Of a DNA stretch of 64,000 nucleotides, positions 56,622 to 64,000 are shown piece by piece; position 1 is the first letter of the stretch; the number at the start of each line of letters is the position of its first letter. Made by a program: the position numbers and the translations under genes. The notes under the pieces were generated by a model that saw nothing but the letters and a program-made list of their open reading frames with translations, did not search any database and had not been told where the DNA came from. The stretch is from Candidatus Parcubacteria bacterium (lineage in GTDB: Bacteria; Patescibacteriota; Minisyncoccia; SURF-38). The stretch covers positions 6,167 to 70,166 of the forward strand of contig QZJN01000001.1 in assembly GCA_003599335.1 (NCBI GenBank). The letters are read 5' to 3'.

Positions 56622-58046
56622 ATGCCGATCGAAAATCTTATCAAAACAATCCAAAATATAATGCGCAAAGACCAGGGCGTTGCTGGTGATGGTCAGCGCA
56701 TTGAGCAGATAGTGTGGATGTTATTTCTGAAGATTTTTGATGATCAGGAAAAGTATTACGAGCTTCGAGATCAGAAGTATCGTTCTCCAATACCCGAGAA
56801 GCTTCGTTGGAGAAATTGGGCGGCAAACCCCGAAGGAATCACAGGCGATGAGTTATTGGAATTTGTAAACCAAAAGCTCTTTCCAGGTCTCAAGAATCTC
56901 TCAGTTGATTCCAGTGATAGGCGCGGCCTTCTTGTTCGTACCGCTTTTGAGGATGCCTATAACTACATGAAATCAGGGACGCTGATTCGACAGGTGGTAA
57001 ACAGGATCAATGAGATTGATTTCAACAAGAAGTCAGACCGTCACTTACTTAATGATATCTACGAGAAGCTTCTGAAAGAACTTCAGGGTGCGGGTAATTA
57101 CGGCGAGTTTTATACGCCTCGGCCGCTTACAAAGTTTATTGTTGAGATGATCGACCCGAAGCTTGGTGAAAAGGTGCTCGACCCCTCGTGTGGTACTGGC
57201 GGTTTCTTGGTGAATACGATTGAGTATGTCCGTGAGAATTATGTAAAGAGCCATGCAGATGAAAAGAAACTCCATGATTCGATTCATGGTGTTGAGCTCA
57301 AGTCATTGCCACATCTTCTAGCACTTACAAACATGATTCTTCATGGGATTGAGTTGCCCGACAATGTTCGTCGCGATGATATGCTTTCTCGGCCACTAAC
57401 GGAATATGGCCCTAAGGATCGTGTCGATGTAATTGTGGCGAATCCTCCCTTTGGTGCTTCGGTTAAGGACGGAACTGAGAAGAATTTTCCAAGTGAAATG
57501 CGCACCAAAGAAACTGCCGATCTCTTTTTGATTTTATTCATTCATCTTTTGAAAGATGGTGGCCGAGCGGGCATCGTATTGCCCGACGGATCGCTTTCTG
57601 GTGAAGGTGTTAAGGCTCGGATTAAAGAAAAATTGCTTGCAGAATGTAATGTACACACAATTGTTCGGTTGCCACAGGGTGTGTTTAGTCCCTATGCTGG
57701 TGTAAACACCAACCTCGTCTTTTTTGAGAAGGGGAAACCGACTAAGGAAATTTGGTACTACCAGTTGCCGCTTCCAGAAGGAATTAAGCAATACACAAAG
57801 GGGCGTGGCATTACGCACGATGAATTTGATTCTGTTCGAAAATGGTGGAAGAAGCGCGTTACGAACGAGAACGCTTGGAAAGTCTCAATAGATAAAATAA
57901 AAGAACGCAATTACAACATTGACATTAAAAATCCCAATGGTGGTACTTCGGTTAACTTCGGAGACCCTGTGGATGTTCTTGAAAAAATCGTTAACTCCGA
58001 GAAAGAAATCATTGCGCTTTTGAATGAAATTAAGAAAGAATTATGA
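56622..58046 (+). CDS. hsdM: Type I R-M N6-adenine DNA methyltransferase (HsdM).
   Basis: Motif I DPSCGTGGFL. Motif IV NPPFG. N-terminal HsdM_N region. Confidence 0.9.
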   Translation: MPIENLIKTIQNIMRKDQGVAGDGQRIEQIVWMLFLKIFDDQEKYYELRDQKYRSPIPEKLRWRNWAANPEGITGDELLEFVNQKLFPGLKNLSVDSSDRRGLLVRTAFEDAYNYMKSGTLIRQVVNRINEIDFNKKSDRHLLNDIYEKLLKELQGAGNYGEFYTPRPLTKFIVEMIDPKLGEKVLDPSCGTGGFLVNTIEYVRENYVKSHADEKKLHDSIHGVELKSLPHLLALTNMILHGIELPDNVRRDDMLSRPLTEYGPKDRVDVIVANPPFGASVKDGTEKNFPSEMRTKETADLFLILFIHLLKDGGRAGIVLPDGSLSGEGVKARIKEKLLAECNVHTIVRLPQGVFSPYAGVNTNLVFFEKGKPTKEIWYYQLPLPEGIKQYTKGRGITHDEFDSVRKWWKKRVTNENAWKVSIDKIKERNYNIDIKNPNGGTSVNFGDPVDVLEKIVNSEKEIIALLNEIKKEL

Positions 58047-59236
58047 ATCATTGGCCGCTTAAAAAATTAGGTGATGAATCGATCCTCATGATGACTAGCG
58101 GTGGAACTCCATCTCGCTCTAAATCTGAATTTTATGGAGGTAAGATTCTTTGGCTAAAATCTGGTGAATTGAATGATAATCAAAAGATTTCCGATTCAGA
58201 AGAAAAGATCACTGATCAAGCGGTTAAGAACTCTAGTGCCAAACTTTTCCCGCCTCATACAGTGCTTTTTGCAATGTATGGAGCTACCGCAGGAAAATTA
58301 GGCATATTAGATGTAGAAGCAACCACAAATCAAGCAGTTGCAGGAATGATTTGTAACGACAGCGTTCTATTTTATAAGTACCTTTTTTATTTTTTGCTAT
58401 ACACACGAGAAAAAATCATTGCTAATGCTTGGGGAGGAGCGCAACCAAATTTAAGCCAGACAATAATCAAGAAGTTTGAAATACCTGTTCCGTCTATTTC
58501 AGAACAAAAGAAAATAGTTACGAAACTTGAAAGTTTACTCGCGAAGGAAAATCAGGTAAAGCAACTACGAGAACAAACACAAGTCGATACGGACAGTTTA
58601 ATTTTCGCAGAACTACATAAGATTTTTAAGGAAGGCAAAGCAAAAGGATGGGAAGAAAAAGATTTGGGCAATGTGCTAGAAAAGATTGTTGGTGGTGGAA
58701 CTCCGTCAAAGGCTAACCCCTTATATTGGGACGGAGATATTCCCTGGGCAAGCGTGAAGGATATTAAAGAGGGCCAGTACACATTAGCCGAAACACAAGA
58801 TTTTATAACCAAGGAGGGACTGCAAAATAGTGCTTCAAATATTGTCCCCGCTGGATCACTGATTATTTCAACAAGAATGGGACTTGGTCGTATTGTTAAA
58901 ACAGAGATTGATGTTGCTATAAATCAAGATCTAAAGGCCTTATACCCAAAAAAAGAATTAAACAATGATTACCTGCTTTGGTTCTATATTAGCAAGGCCC
59001 AGGAAGTAATCGCTAGTGGAACTGGGGCAACCGTTTCTGGTGTTCGTTTGGACGACATTAAGAGCATAAAAATTCTATTACCATCTCTGACGGATCAAAA
59101 GAAAATTGTTGATCATCTCACCCTGCTTTTGGAGAAAATTAAAAACACCAAGTCTTTACAGGATGTAACTTATAGTGAGATTGGTATTTTAGAACAATCA
59201 ATTTTATCAAAAGCATTTAGCGGAAGCTTTGTTTAA
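58043..59236 (+). CDS. hsdS: Type I R-M specificity subunit (HsdS) with two target-recognition domains.
   Basis: Duplicated TRD pattern (…SGGTPSRSKSEFYGGKILWLKSGEL… and …GGGTPSKANPLYWDGDIPWASVKDI…) separated by conserved helical spacers. Start overlaps the hsdM stop (ATGA). Confidence 0.8.
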   Translation: MNHWPLKKLGDESILMMTSGGTPSRSKSEFYGGKILWLKSGELNDNQKISDSEEKITDQAVKNSSAKLFPPHTVLFAMYGATAGKLGILDVEATTNQAVAGMICNDSVLFYKYLFYFLLYTREKIIANAWGGAQPNLSQTIIKKFEIPVPSISEQKKIVTKLESLLAKENQVKQLREQTQVDTDSLIFAELHKIFKEGKAKGWEEKDLGNVLEKIVGGGTPSKANPLYWDGDIPWASVKDIKEGQYTLAETQDFITKEGLQNSASNIVPAGSLIISTRMGLGRIVKTEIDVAINQDLKALYPKKELNNDYLLWFYISKAQEVIASGTGATVSGVRLDDIKSIKILLPSLTDQKKIVDHLTLLLEKIKNTKSLQDVTYSEIGILEQSILSKAFSGSFV

Positions 59237-59240
59237 TTTC

Positions 59241-59402
59241 ATGGAACTTTCTAAGAAAACAGTTGAAGAATTCAGAGAGATATTCAAGAAAGAATACGGC
59301 GTTGAGTATTCGGATCAGGAAGCTTGGGAAGCAGCGCATAATCTTGTAGGCTTTTTTGATTTGCTCTTAAAAATTGATCACAGGCAGAAAGAGGGTCAAT
59401 AA
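59241..59402 (+). CDS. Small 53-aa hypothetical ORF between hsdS and the 967-aa gene.
   Basis: MELSKKTVEEFREIFKKEYGVEYSDQEAWEAAHNLVGFFDLLLKIDHRQKEGQ. Tightly packed (4 bp after the hsdS stop, 14 bp before the next gene). No motif. Confidence 0.3.
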   Translation: MELSKKTVEEFREIFKKEYGVEYSDQEAWEAAHNLVGFFDLLLKIDHRQKEGQ

Positions 59403-59416
59403 TAATCATTTTCGAT

Positions 59417-62320
59417 ATGTCTTCGTTACGACAATTAAAGCAACAAATAAAATTCAGTTTAAACAATTTGAAAGCTGAAAACTCCCATCATGATTTTGAG
59501 GCTATTTGTCGACATTTTGCACGAAAACGATTAGGCCTGAATATAATTCCCGCTACAGGGCCCGTTTCAGCTGGAGGAGACCAGGGGAGAGATTTCGAAA
59601 CTTATGAAATATTACCAGAGGCAGTTCCAGAACTTCGAGGAACAAGACAGGTTATAGACAAGAAAGCCGCTTTTGCTTGCACTACGCAGGCCGAAGGTCT
59701 TTTATCCAAGATAAAAGCGGATGTTAATAAAATTATTACTCAAGGTAATAGGGTTGATATAGTTTATTTTTTTTCAGTGCAGGATCTACCTGTGTCCGAG
59801 CGGCACGATCTGCAAAAGTGGGCACTAGAAACACATAAAATTACCTTAGAAGTTTTTGATGGCGAAGCGCTTTCTGAAGACCTGACTGAGAGAGACTTAT
59901 TTTGGGTAGCCCAGGAATATTTACATATTCCTGCCGAGTTATTCCCACCCGTTGATAATATTGATTACTTGAAGCTGAAAGAAAAGTGGGAAACGAGAGA
60001 GTTGTCAGTTCCCAATTACGCCGAATTCGACGAGATAAAAAGCTTAGCTAGGAAATCATTATTCGATAAATCCCTGAATCAAGATATTCCATTTTGGTTA
60101 GATAAGTTGGCAAAGTTCGCAGCAATTAAAGATATTTCCTCGGAATTTAAGAGGAAAGCTCTTTATGAGTTAATAGCCATTCGCATGAGGGGCATGCGCG
60201 ACATGGTTGGTTGGGAGCATTACACGCACGAATACTTTGCAGCTCATGAGAGTTTTAACCATCAAGTTGAAGCGCAAGAGGCCACGGTTGTTTTAGGGTA
60301 TGCCTTCGGGGCATCAGTAAGAGGGGCGGCAAATTTTGAAGAGAGTCAATTAAAGACGTGGATCAAGCTTATCGAGGATTATACGGATCACGAGCTAAGT
60401 AAAGATTATCCCGTTGCAATAAGGGCAGTTTTATACGAATTAAAAGGTCATCAACTACTTACTAATCCGTACAATAGGAAAATTGATGAAGGGTTGGATT
60501 GGTGGCTCAAGCTTGTTGATCTTATTGAGCAATCACCATTATTCCCACTTGAAAGATTTTCTGATGTTCTGACCGTTCTCATTCCGCTTATAGGTGACCA
60601 TCCAAAATTTGAAGAATTGAAAATCAAAACCGATGCTCTTATCGCACAACGAATAGGTGGTTTTGCGGTTGCTGATAAATGCAGAGATAGAGCAATTGAG
60701 TATAGAAAAAACGATGAATTGTTAAAAGCCCTTCGAGAATTTCATAGTGCCAAGATAAATTGGTTTGCAAACGAAACTCTATATGGATCATTGCTTTCAA
60801 TGATGATCATATCGGAGACCTACTTTGAGCTAGGTCTTTTATTTGCGGCAAAATACTACGCTATGGCAGTTACTTTTGTTGCGAGTCGTTCTCCAGATGA
60901 CAAAATAAAGCCATTCATTACCAGAGGGCTTTCACAGGTTGCGGAAATCGAATACGGCAATGGCGAATGGGGTCATTTTATGGAACACGCCGATCTAAGC
61001 CTGAGGTCTTTAGGTGTACACTCGAAGACCATTGAAGATCCAATTTCTGAAAAGATTTATGAGAAAACACTGTTTTACTCTTCAATGGTTTATGTTTTTG
61101 CGAAGGTACTTGATGGTAAGAAACTTTTTAATTATGTGGCAGATAGAGTTAAGAAATGGAATATTTCTGAGCTTAACGATGATTTGATTCCGATAGCAGA
61201 GAAAACCTGGGCAGAGGTTAAAGCAGAAAATATGCTTGAGAAAATCAAAGCCTCGCTTGAGGGCAGACCGTTTAATGATGTTGGATCTACCCGATCTGTT
61301 TTGTGGGAAGCATGCGGGATTAGTTGGAAGTGTTCTTGGAACAATACGTTAAGGGGATGCGCGAGAGCAGAACATTTTATATCGCTAGTCCAAATAATTC
61401 TTGCGGATATCGCAGATAGAGATTTTTACTTATTAAAAACAGACGCACAAATAAAGTTCATTTTCACAGATAAGTTTCATATCGAGCGGGTGCCTACAAA
61501 TGATTATGTCGCGTGGGATATATATCTTCCAACGCATAATCCAGATGGAAGGAGGGAAATTGAGGAATATCATGCGCAAATTCTAAGTATGGCAGCTGCA
61601 GTCATTGCTGATTTGTCTTTGTTACCATCCGAACAGACACTAGAGAAAATCAAGGATTTATATAAGCAAGGTCTTGTGTCGAAAGCGCTGTCAGGAAATT
61701 CTTATGAAGTTTTGTACATCGACTTGAACCCCGAAGAGTTATTTAATGAACTGATCTCATTACCACAATTAGACTATTTGCAGTCTATGGAGATAGGGAA
61801 TAAGCCCCATAAATTACTAAACTGGGAGAGCTCTTTATTAAAAGGATACAGCCCAAAAGAAGAGCGTGAGAAGATTGAAAATAGGTATACGCGATCAATA
61901 TTGCCAATAAGGAAGACTATTGAAAAATTAAAGAAGGACCCAAAATTTCAAGAGATGGTAAAGAGATTAAGGTCGGATGGATGGAAAGATTGGCACATTC
62001 TTATGTCATTGGGGATGATTGCTGTAAATTTTCGCGTTAATAAGATAGGCTACAAGTCGTTTGAATCCATGCGAGAACTATTTGTTAAGGAGATGAACAC
62101 TGAAGAAACGAATGATTCAACCCCAGTTCCCCTTGAAGAATTCAACGAAAAAGCACTTAGACTGTCACTGTTCATGAGTATGCCGTCGACTCTCAAAATC
62201 TTTGGGCTTGAGATTAAGACTCAAACACCAAATTCCAAGGCACTTGAGCATTTTTTGGCAAAGAGGCTTAATTATTGGAATAACGATATCGAGCACAAAG
62301 ATATCCTTGCTGTTTCTTAG
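59417..62320 (+). CDS. Uncharacterised 967-aa protein with an N-terminal Mrr-like PD-(D/E)xK restriction-endonuclease-type motif. Candidate defence gene.
   Basis: The N-terminal ~150 aa contain HDFE...GGDQGRDFE...(FACTTQ), resembling the Mrr_cat D...GDxGxD...(Q)xK arrangement. The remaining ~800 aa are largely helical with no P-loop and no recognisable motif. Sits directly 3' of a complete Type I R-M operon. Confidence 0.6.
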   Translation: MSSLRQLKQQIKFSLNNLKAENSHHDFEAICRHFARKRLGLNIIPATGPVSAGGDQGRDFETYEILPEAVPELRGTRQVIDKKAAFACTTQAEGLLSKIKADVNKIITQGNRVDIVYFFSVQDLPVSERHDLQKWALETHKITLEVFDGEALSEDLTERDLFWVAQEYLHIPAELFPPVDNIDYLKLKEKWETRELSVPNYAEFDEIKSLARKSLFDKSLNQDIPFWLDKLAKFAAIKDISSEFKRKALYELIAIRMRGMRDMVGWEHYTHEYFAAHESFNHQVEAQEATVVLGYAFGASVRGAANFEESQLKTWIKLIEDYTDHELSKDYPVAIRAVLYELKGHQLLTNPYNRKIDEGLDWWLKLVDLIEQSPLFPLERFSDVLTVLIPLIGDHPKFEELKIKTDALIAQRIGGFAVADKCRDRAIEYRKNDELLKALREFHSAKINWFANETLYGSLLSMMIISETYFELGLLFAAKYYAMAVTFVASRSPDDKIKPFITRGLSQVAEIEYGNGEWGHFMEHADLSLRSLGVHSKTIEDPISEKIYEKTLFYSSMVYVFAKVLDGKKLFNYVADRVKKWNISELNDDLIPIAEKTWAEVKAENMLEKIKASLEGRPFNDVGSTRSVLWEACGISWKCSWNNTLRGCARAEHFISLVQIILADIADRDFYLLKTDAQIKFIFTDKFHIERVPTNDYVAWDIYLPTHNPDGRREIEEYHAQILSMAAAVIADLSLLPSEQTLEKIKDLYKQGLVSKALSGNSYEVLYIDLNPEELFNELISLPQLDYLQSMEIGNKPHKLLNWESSLLKGYSPKEEREKIENRYTRSILPIRKTIEKLKKDPKFQEMVKRLRSDGWKDWHILMSLGMIAVNFRVNKIGYKSFESMRELFVKEMNTEETNDSTPVPLEEFNEKALRLSLFMSMPSTLKIFGLEIKTQTPNSKALEHFLAKRLNYWNNDIEHKDILAVS

Positions 62321-62329
62321 AATATTCAA

Positions 62330-62521
62330 ATGAGTAGACGATCATTTCATGGCAACTTAGGTTCATTACTCAACAAGCTGTTTACGCTGGTCATTTTTCT
62401 GATTCTGTTCAAGCTTTTTGGAGATTCGGTTTTAGATGCCGCTGTGATAGGATTGATATCATTAGCGGTTTATCCTTTAGTCGGAATGCTTTTAAGAGCC
62501 GTCGGGATATGGCGTTACTAA
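62330..62521 (+). CDS. Small two-TM membrane protein (speculative).
   Basis: 63 aa: LFTLVIFLILFKLF ... VIGLISLAVYPLVGMLL. Confidence 0.3.
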   Translation: MSRRSFHGNLGSLLNKLFTLVIFLILFKLFGDSVLDAAVIGLISLAVYPLVGMLLRAVGIWRY

Positions 62522-62537
62522 CGGCAAAGATACAAAT

Positions 62538-62702
62538 ATGGGTATAATGGCACCAAAAATTGAAAGCGCGGAAGCTCTTAAGGCTATAGCAAAAGAGGCT
62601 AGTAAGGCTTGGTATTTGAAGCCTGAAATTTGGATAGGAATTGTGGCCAATGTAATTGCCATCGGTGCGCTGGTCGTTGCCGTAATTGCCTTGCAGAAAT
62701 GA
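62538..62702 (+). CDS. Small membrane protein (speculative).
   Basis: 54 aa: amphipathic N-terminus then IWIGIVANVIAIGALVVAVIAL. Below the ORF-track cutoff. Confidence 0.25.
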   Translation: MGIMAPKIESAEALKAIAKEASKAWYLKPEIWIGIVANVIAIGALVVAVIALQK

Positions 62703-62750
62703 CCTTCCCATTGGTATCGCATATCAAAAAATGCCATGGGAAATGATCAT

Positions 62751-62900
62751 ATGAGATGTCCAAAATGTAGCCAAGAAATGTTTATAAAACGAGAAGATAC
62801 AAGTTCTGATTCCAGAAATAATAAGCAATACGACCGTAAAGTGTACTGGTGTAAAAAGGATGATGTATGGGTCAGCATCGAGATTCCGAAAGAAGTATAA
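62751..62900 (+). CDS. Small zinc-ribbon protein (speculative).
   Basis: MRCPKCSQEM...VYWCKKDD: C-x2-C ... C pattern. Shares the upstream motif aaaaat(g/a)ccatgggaaat with the SET gene. Confidence 0.35.
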   Translation: MRCPKCSQEMFIKREDTSSDSRNNKQYDRKVYWCKKDDVWVSIEIPKEV

Positions 62901-62908
62901 AAAATACC

Positions 62909-63397
62909 ATGGGAAATAGAGAACTTTTAGTAGTAAAGAAGAATAAGAAAGGTTATGGAGTGTACGCTGGTAGGATGTATAAAAAGGGAGAGGTAATTTG
63001 TGTAATGCATGGTAAAAAGAAAACACCTCATACACTTCATTACCATGGGGCAAGTTTTCGTGAAGCCCAAATAAACCCTCTCCAGATTGGCCCAAAAACA
63101 TACTTGGAGCTGCGAGCGCCTTATCGGTATTTCAATCATTCTTGCCAGCCCAATGCTGGAGTACAAGATTCTTCAAAACTTTTTGCATTAAAGCCCATTA
63201 AGAAGGGTGAAGAAGTTACTTTTGACTACTCTACAACAATTGATGAAAGTTTCTTCTGTAAATGCGGTTCTAAAAGATGTCGTGGAGTTATTGCCGACTT
63301 TTTTGCTCTTCCGTTAAAATTACAGAAGTTTTACATTCGGCAGAAAGCAGTGCCGGCGTTTATTGAAAAGAAATACAAAGTTCGTTATGGAAAGTAA
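62909..63397 (+). CDS. SET-domain protein (putative protein-lysine methyltransferase).
   Basis: Core SET motifs RYFNHSCQPN and EEVTFDY. Post-SET Cys cluster CKCGSKRCRG. Start placed at MGNRELL (62909); the ORF track begins at 62867. Confidence 0.8.
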   Translation: MGNRELLVVKKNKKGYGVYAGRMYKKGEVICVMHGKKKTPHTLHYHGASFREAQINPLQIGPKTYLELRAPYRYFNHSCQPNAGVQDSSKLFALKPIKKGEEVTFDYSTTIDESFFCKCGSKRCRGVIADFFALPLKLQKFYIRQKAVPAFIEKKYKVRYGK

Positions 63398-63737
63398 AAA
63401 ATACACCCTAAGATTTCGGAGGGTAAATCGGGATACTTTTTTGCAAATAAAGAAAGGCACGAAAAAAGTTGAAACTCGGGCCGCAACCAAAAAGTATAAA
63501 GATATTAAGGTTGGCGATACATTAGTTTTTGCATGCGAAAAAGAAAGGTTTCAACGAAAAGCAAAGAGGGTTAATTATTTTAAATCGGTTTTGGCAATGC
63601 TGAAAAAATACAAGGTTAAAGACGTAGAGCCTAAGCTTTCAAAAAAAGATGATTTGGAGGAGAAATATAATAGCTACCCCAAATATAAAGAAAAAATTAA
63701 GAAGTTCGGCTTAGTAGCTTTAGAGTTAAAAAAATAA
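63387..63737 (+). CDS. ASCH-domain (PUA-like beta-barrel) protein.
   Basis: Carries the ASCH signature GxKxxExR (IKKGTKKVETR). About 115 aa, typical of stand-alone ASCH proteins. Overlaps the SET gene end by 11 bp (translational coupling). Confidence 0.7.
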   Translation: MESKKYTLRFRRVNRDTFLQIKKGTKKVETRAATKKYKDIKVGDTLVFACEKERFQRKAKRVNYFKSVLAMLKKYKVKDVEPKLSKKDDLEEKYNSYPKYKEKIKKFGLVALELKK

Positions 63738-63749
63738 CAAAGGGCCAGT

Positions 63750-63998
63750 ATGAAACATATCAAGAGTATAATTATTTTGGTTTTATTACAGGTTGGATTA
63801 GATGTTTTGTTTGTAAAACTATACCCCTCAGTGAATCCTATACGGGCGACTTTTATTGGCATTAGTGCGTTTTTGGTCTTATGGATTTTTAGACGATACA
63901 ATTTTGTAAATCCATTGGTTGGGTTTGCCTCAATATACTCTTCGGCATTGTTCGGTGCACTTTTGGTTCAAGCTGGAGTGTTAATTTCAAAATCTTTT
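63750..63998 (+). CDS. Membrane protein, 3'-truncated by the window end.
   Basis: MKHIKSIIILVLLQVGLDVLFVKLY..., with at least three hydrophobic helices before the window ends. Confidence 0.3.
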   Translation, partial: MKHIKSIIILVLLQVGLDVLFVKLYPSVNPIRATFIGISAFLVLWIFRRYNFVNPLVGFASIYSSALFGALLVQAGVLISKSF

Positions 63999-64000
63999 TT

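Larger units (their letters stand above)
50163..64000. mobile_element. Integrated element (integrative island, prophage-like remnant) inserted at the 3' end of secA. The right boundary was not reached within the window.
   Basis: A large serine recombinase gene overlaps the secA stop. GC rises abruptly to about 50% over 50.2-54.0 kb. An excisionase-like HTH follows, then defence cargo (Type I R-M plus uncharacterised genes). Confidence 0.45.

Noticed and set aside
1-64000. Searched for CRISPR-like regularly spaced direct repeats and for rRNA.
   Set aside because: No array of 25-40-bp repeats with unique spacers was seen. The only repeat families are the short TAGTATTT arrays and the 20-bp inverted arms. 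No rRNA-like conserved blocks were found.

Overview
This is a low-GC (~40%) bacterial window with few Shine-Dalgarno sequences and many large surface and glycosylation genes. By inference it resembles an uncultivated Patescibacteria/CPR-like organism.

Left to right:
(i) A cluster of secreted and membrane-anchored surface proteins (1-6.6 kb), including a dockerin-like secreted protein and three paralogous cohesin-like, Fn3-like anchored proteins.
(ii) Housekeeping and stress genes: SIMPL, a DEDDy exonuclease-like protein, htrA and clpB with a CIRCE-like operator. A 314-bp inverted-repeat-flanked mini-element carrying a frameshifted GIY-YIG gene sits between htrA and clpB.
(iii) A 1154-aa peptidoglycan-binding giant surface protein behind a 750-bp leader.
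(iv) A ~27-kb glycan biosynthesis locus (17.5-44.6 kb). It holds a Wzy/ligase-like TPR protein, about 9 glycosyltransferases, 5 SAM methyltransferases, a NodU/CmcH carbamoyltransferase, two AsnB-type amidotransferase paralogs, three dehydrogenase/epimerase genes, a Wzx flippase and the priming sugar-phosphate transferase.
(v) murB, hpf and secA.
(vi) Immediately after the secA stop, an integrated element opens with a large serine recombinase in a GC-rich (~50%) block. Its cargo is an excisionase-like HTH and a complete Type I R-M system (hsdR, hsdM, hsdS). After hsdS comes a 967-aa uncharacterised protein with an Mrr-like nuclease motif, small membrane and zinc-ribbon ORFs, and a translationally coupled SET-domain + ASCH-domain gene pair.

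The most likely new-biology candidates are the post-hsdS block (59.2-63.7 kb), the cohesin/dockerin surface module, and the GIY-YIG mini-element. No CRISPR array, rRNA or convincing tRNA was found.
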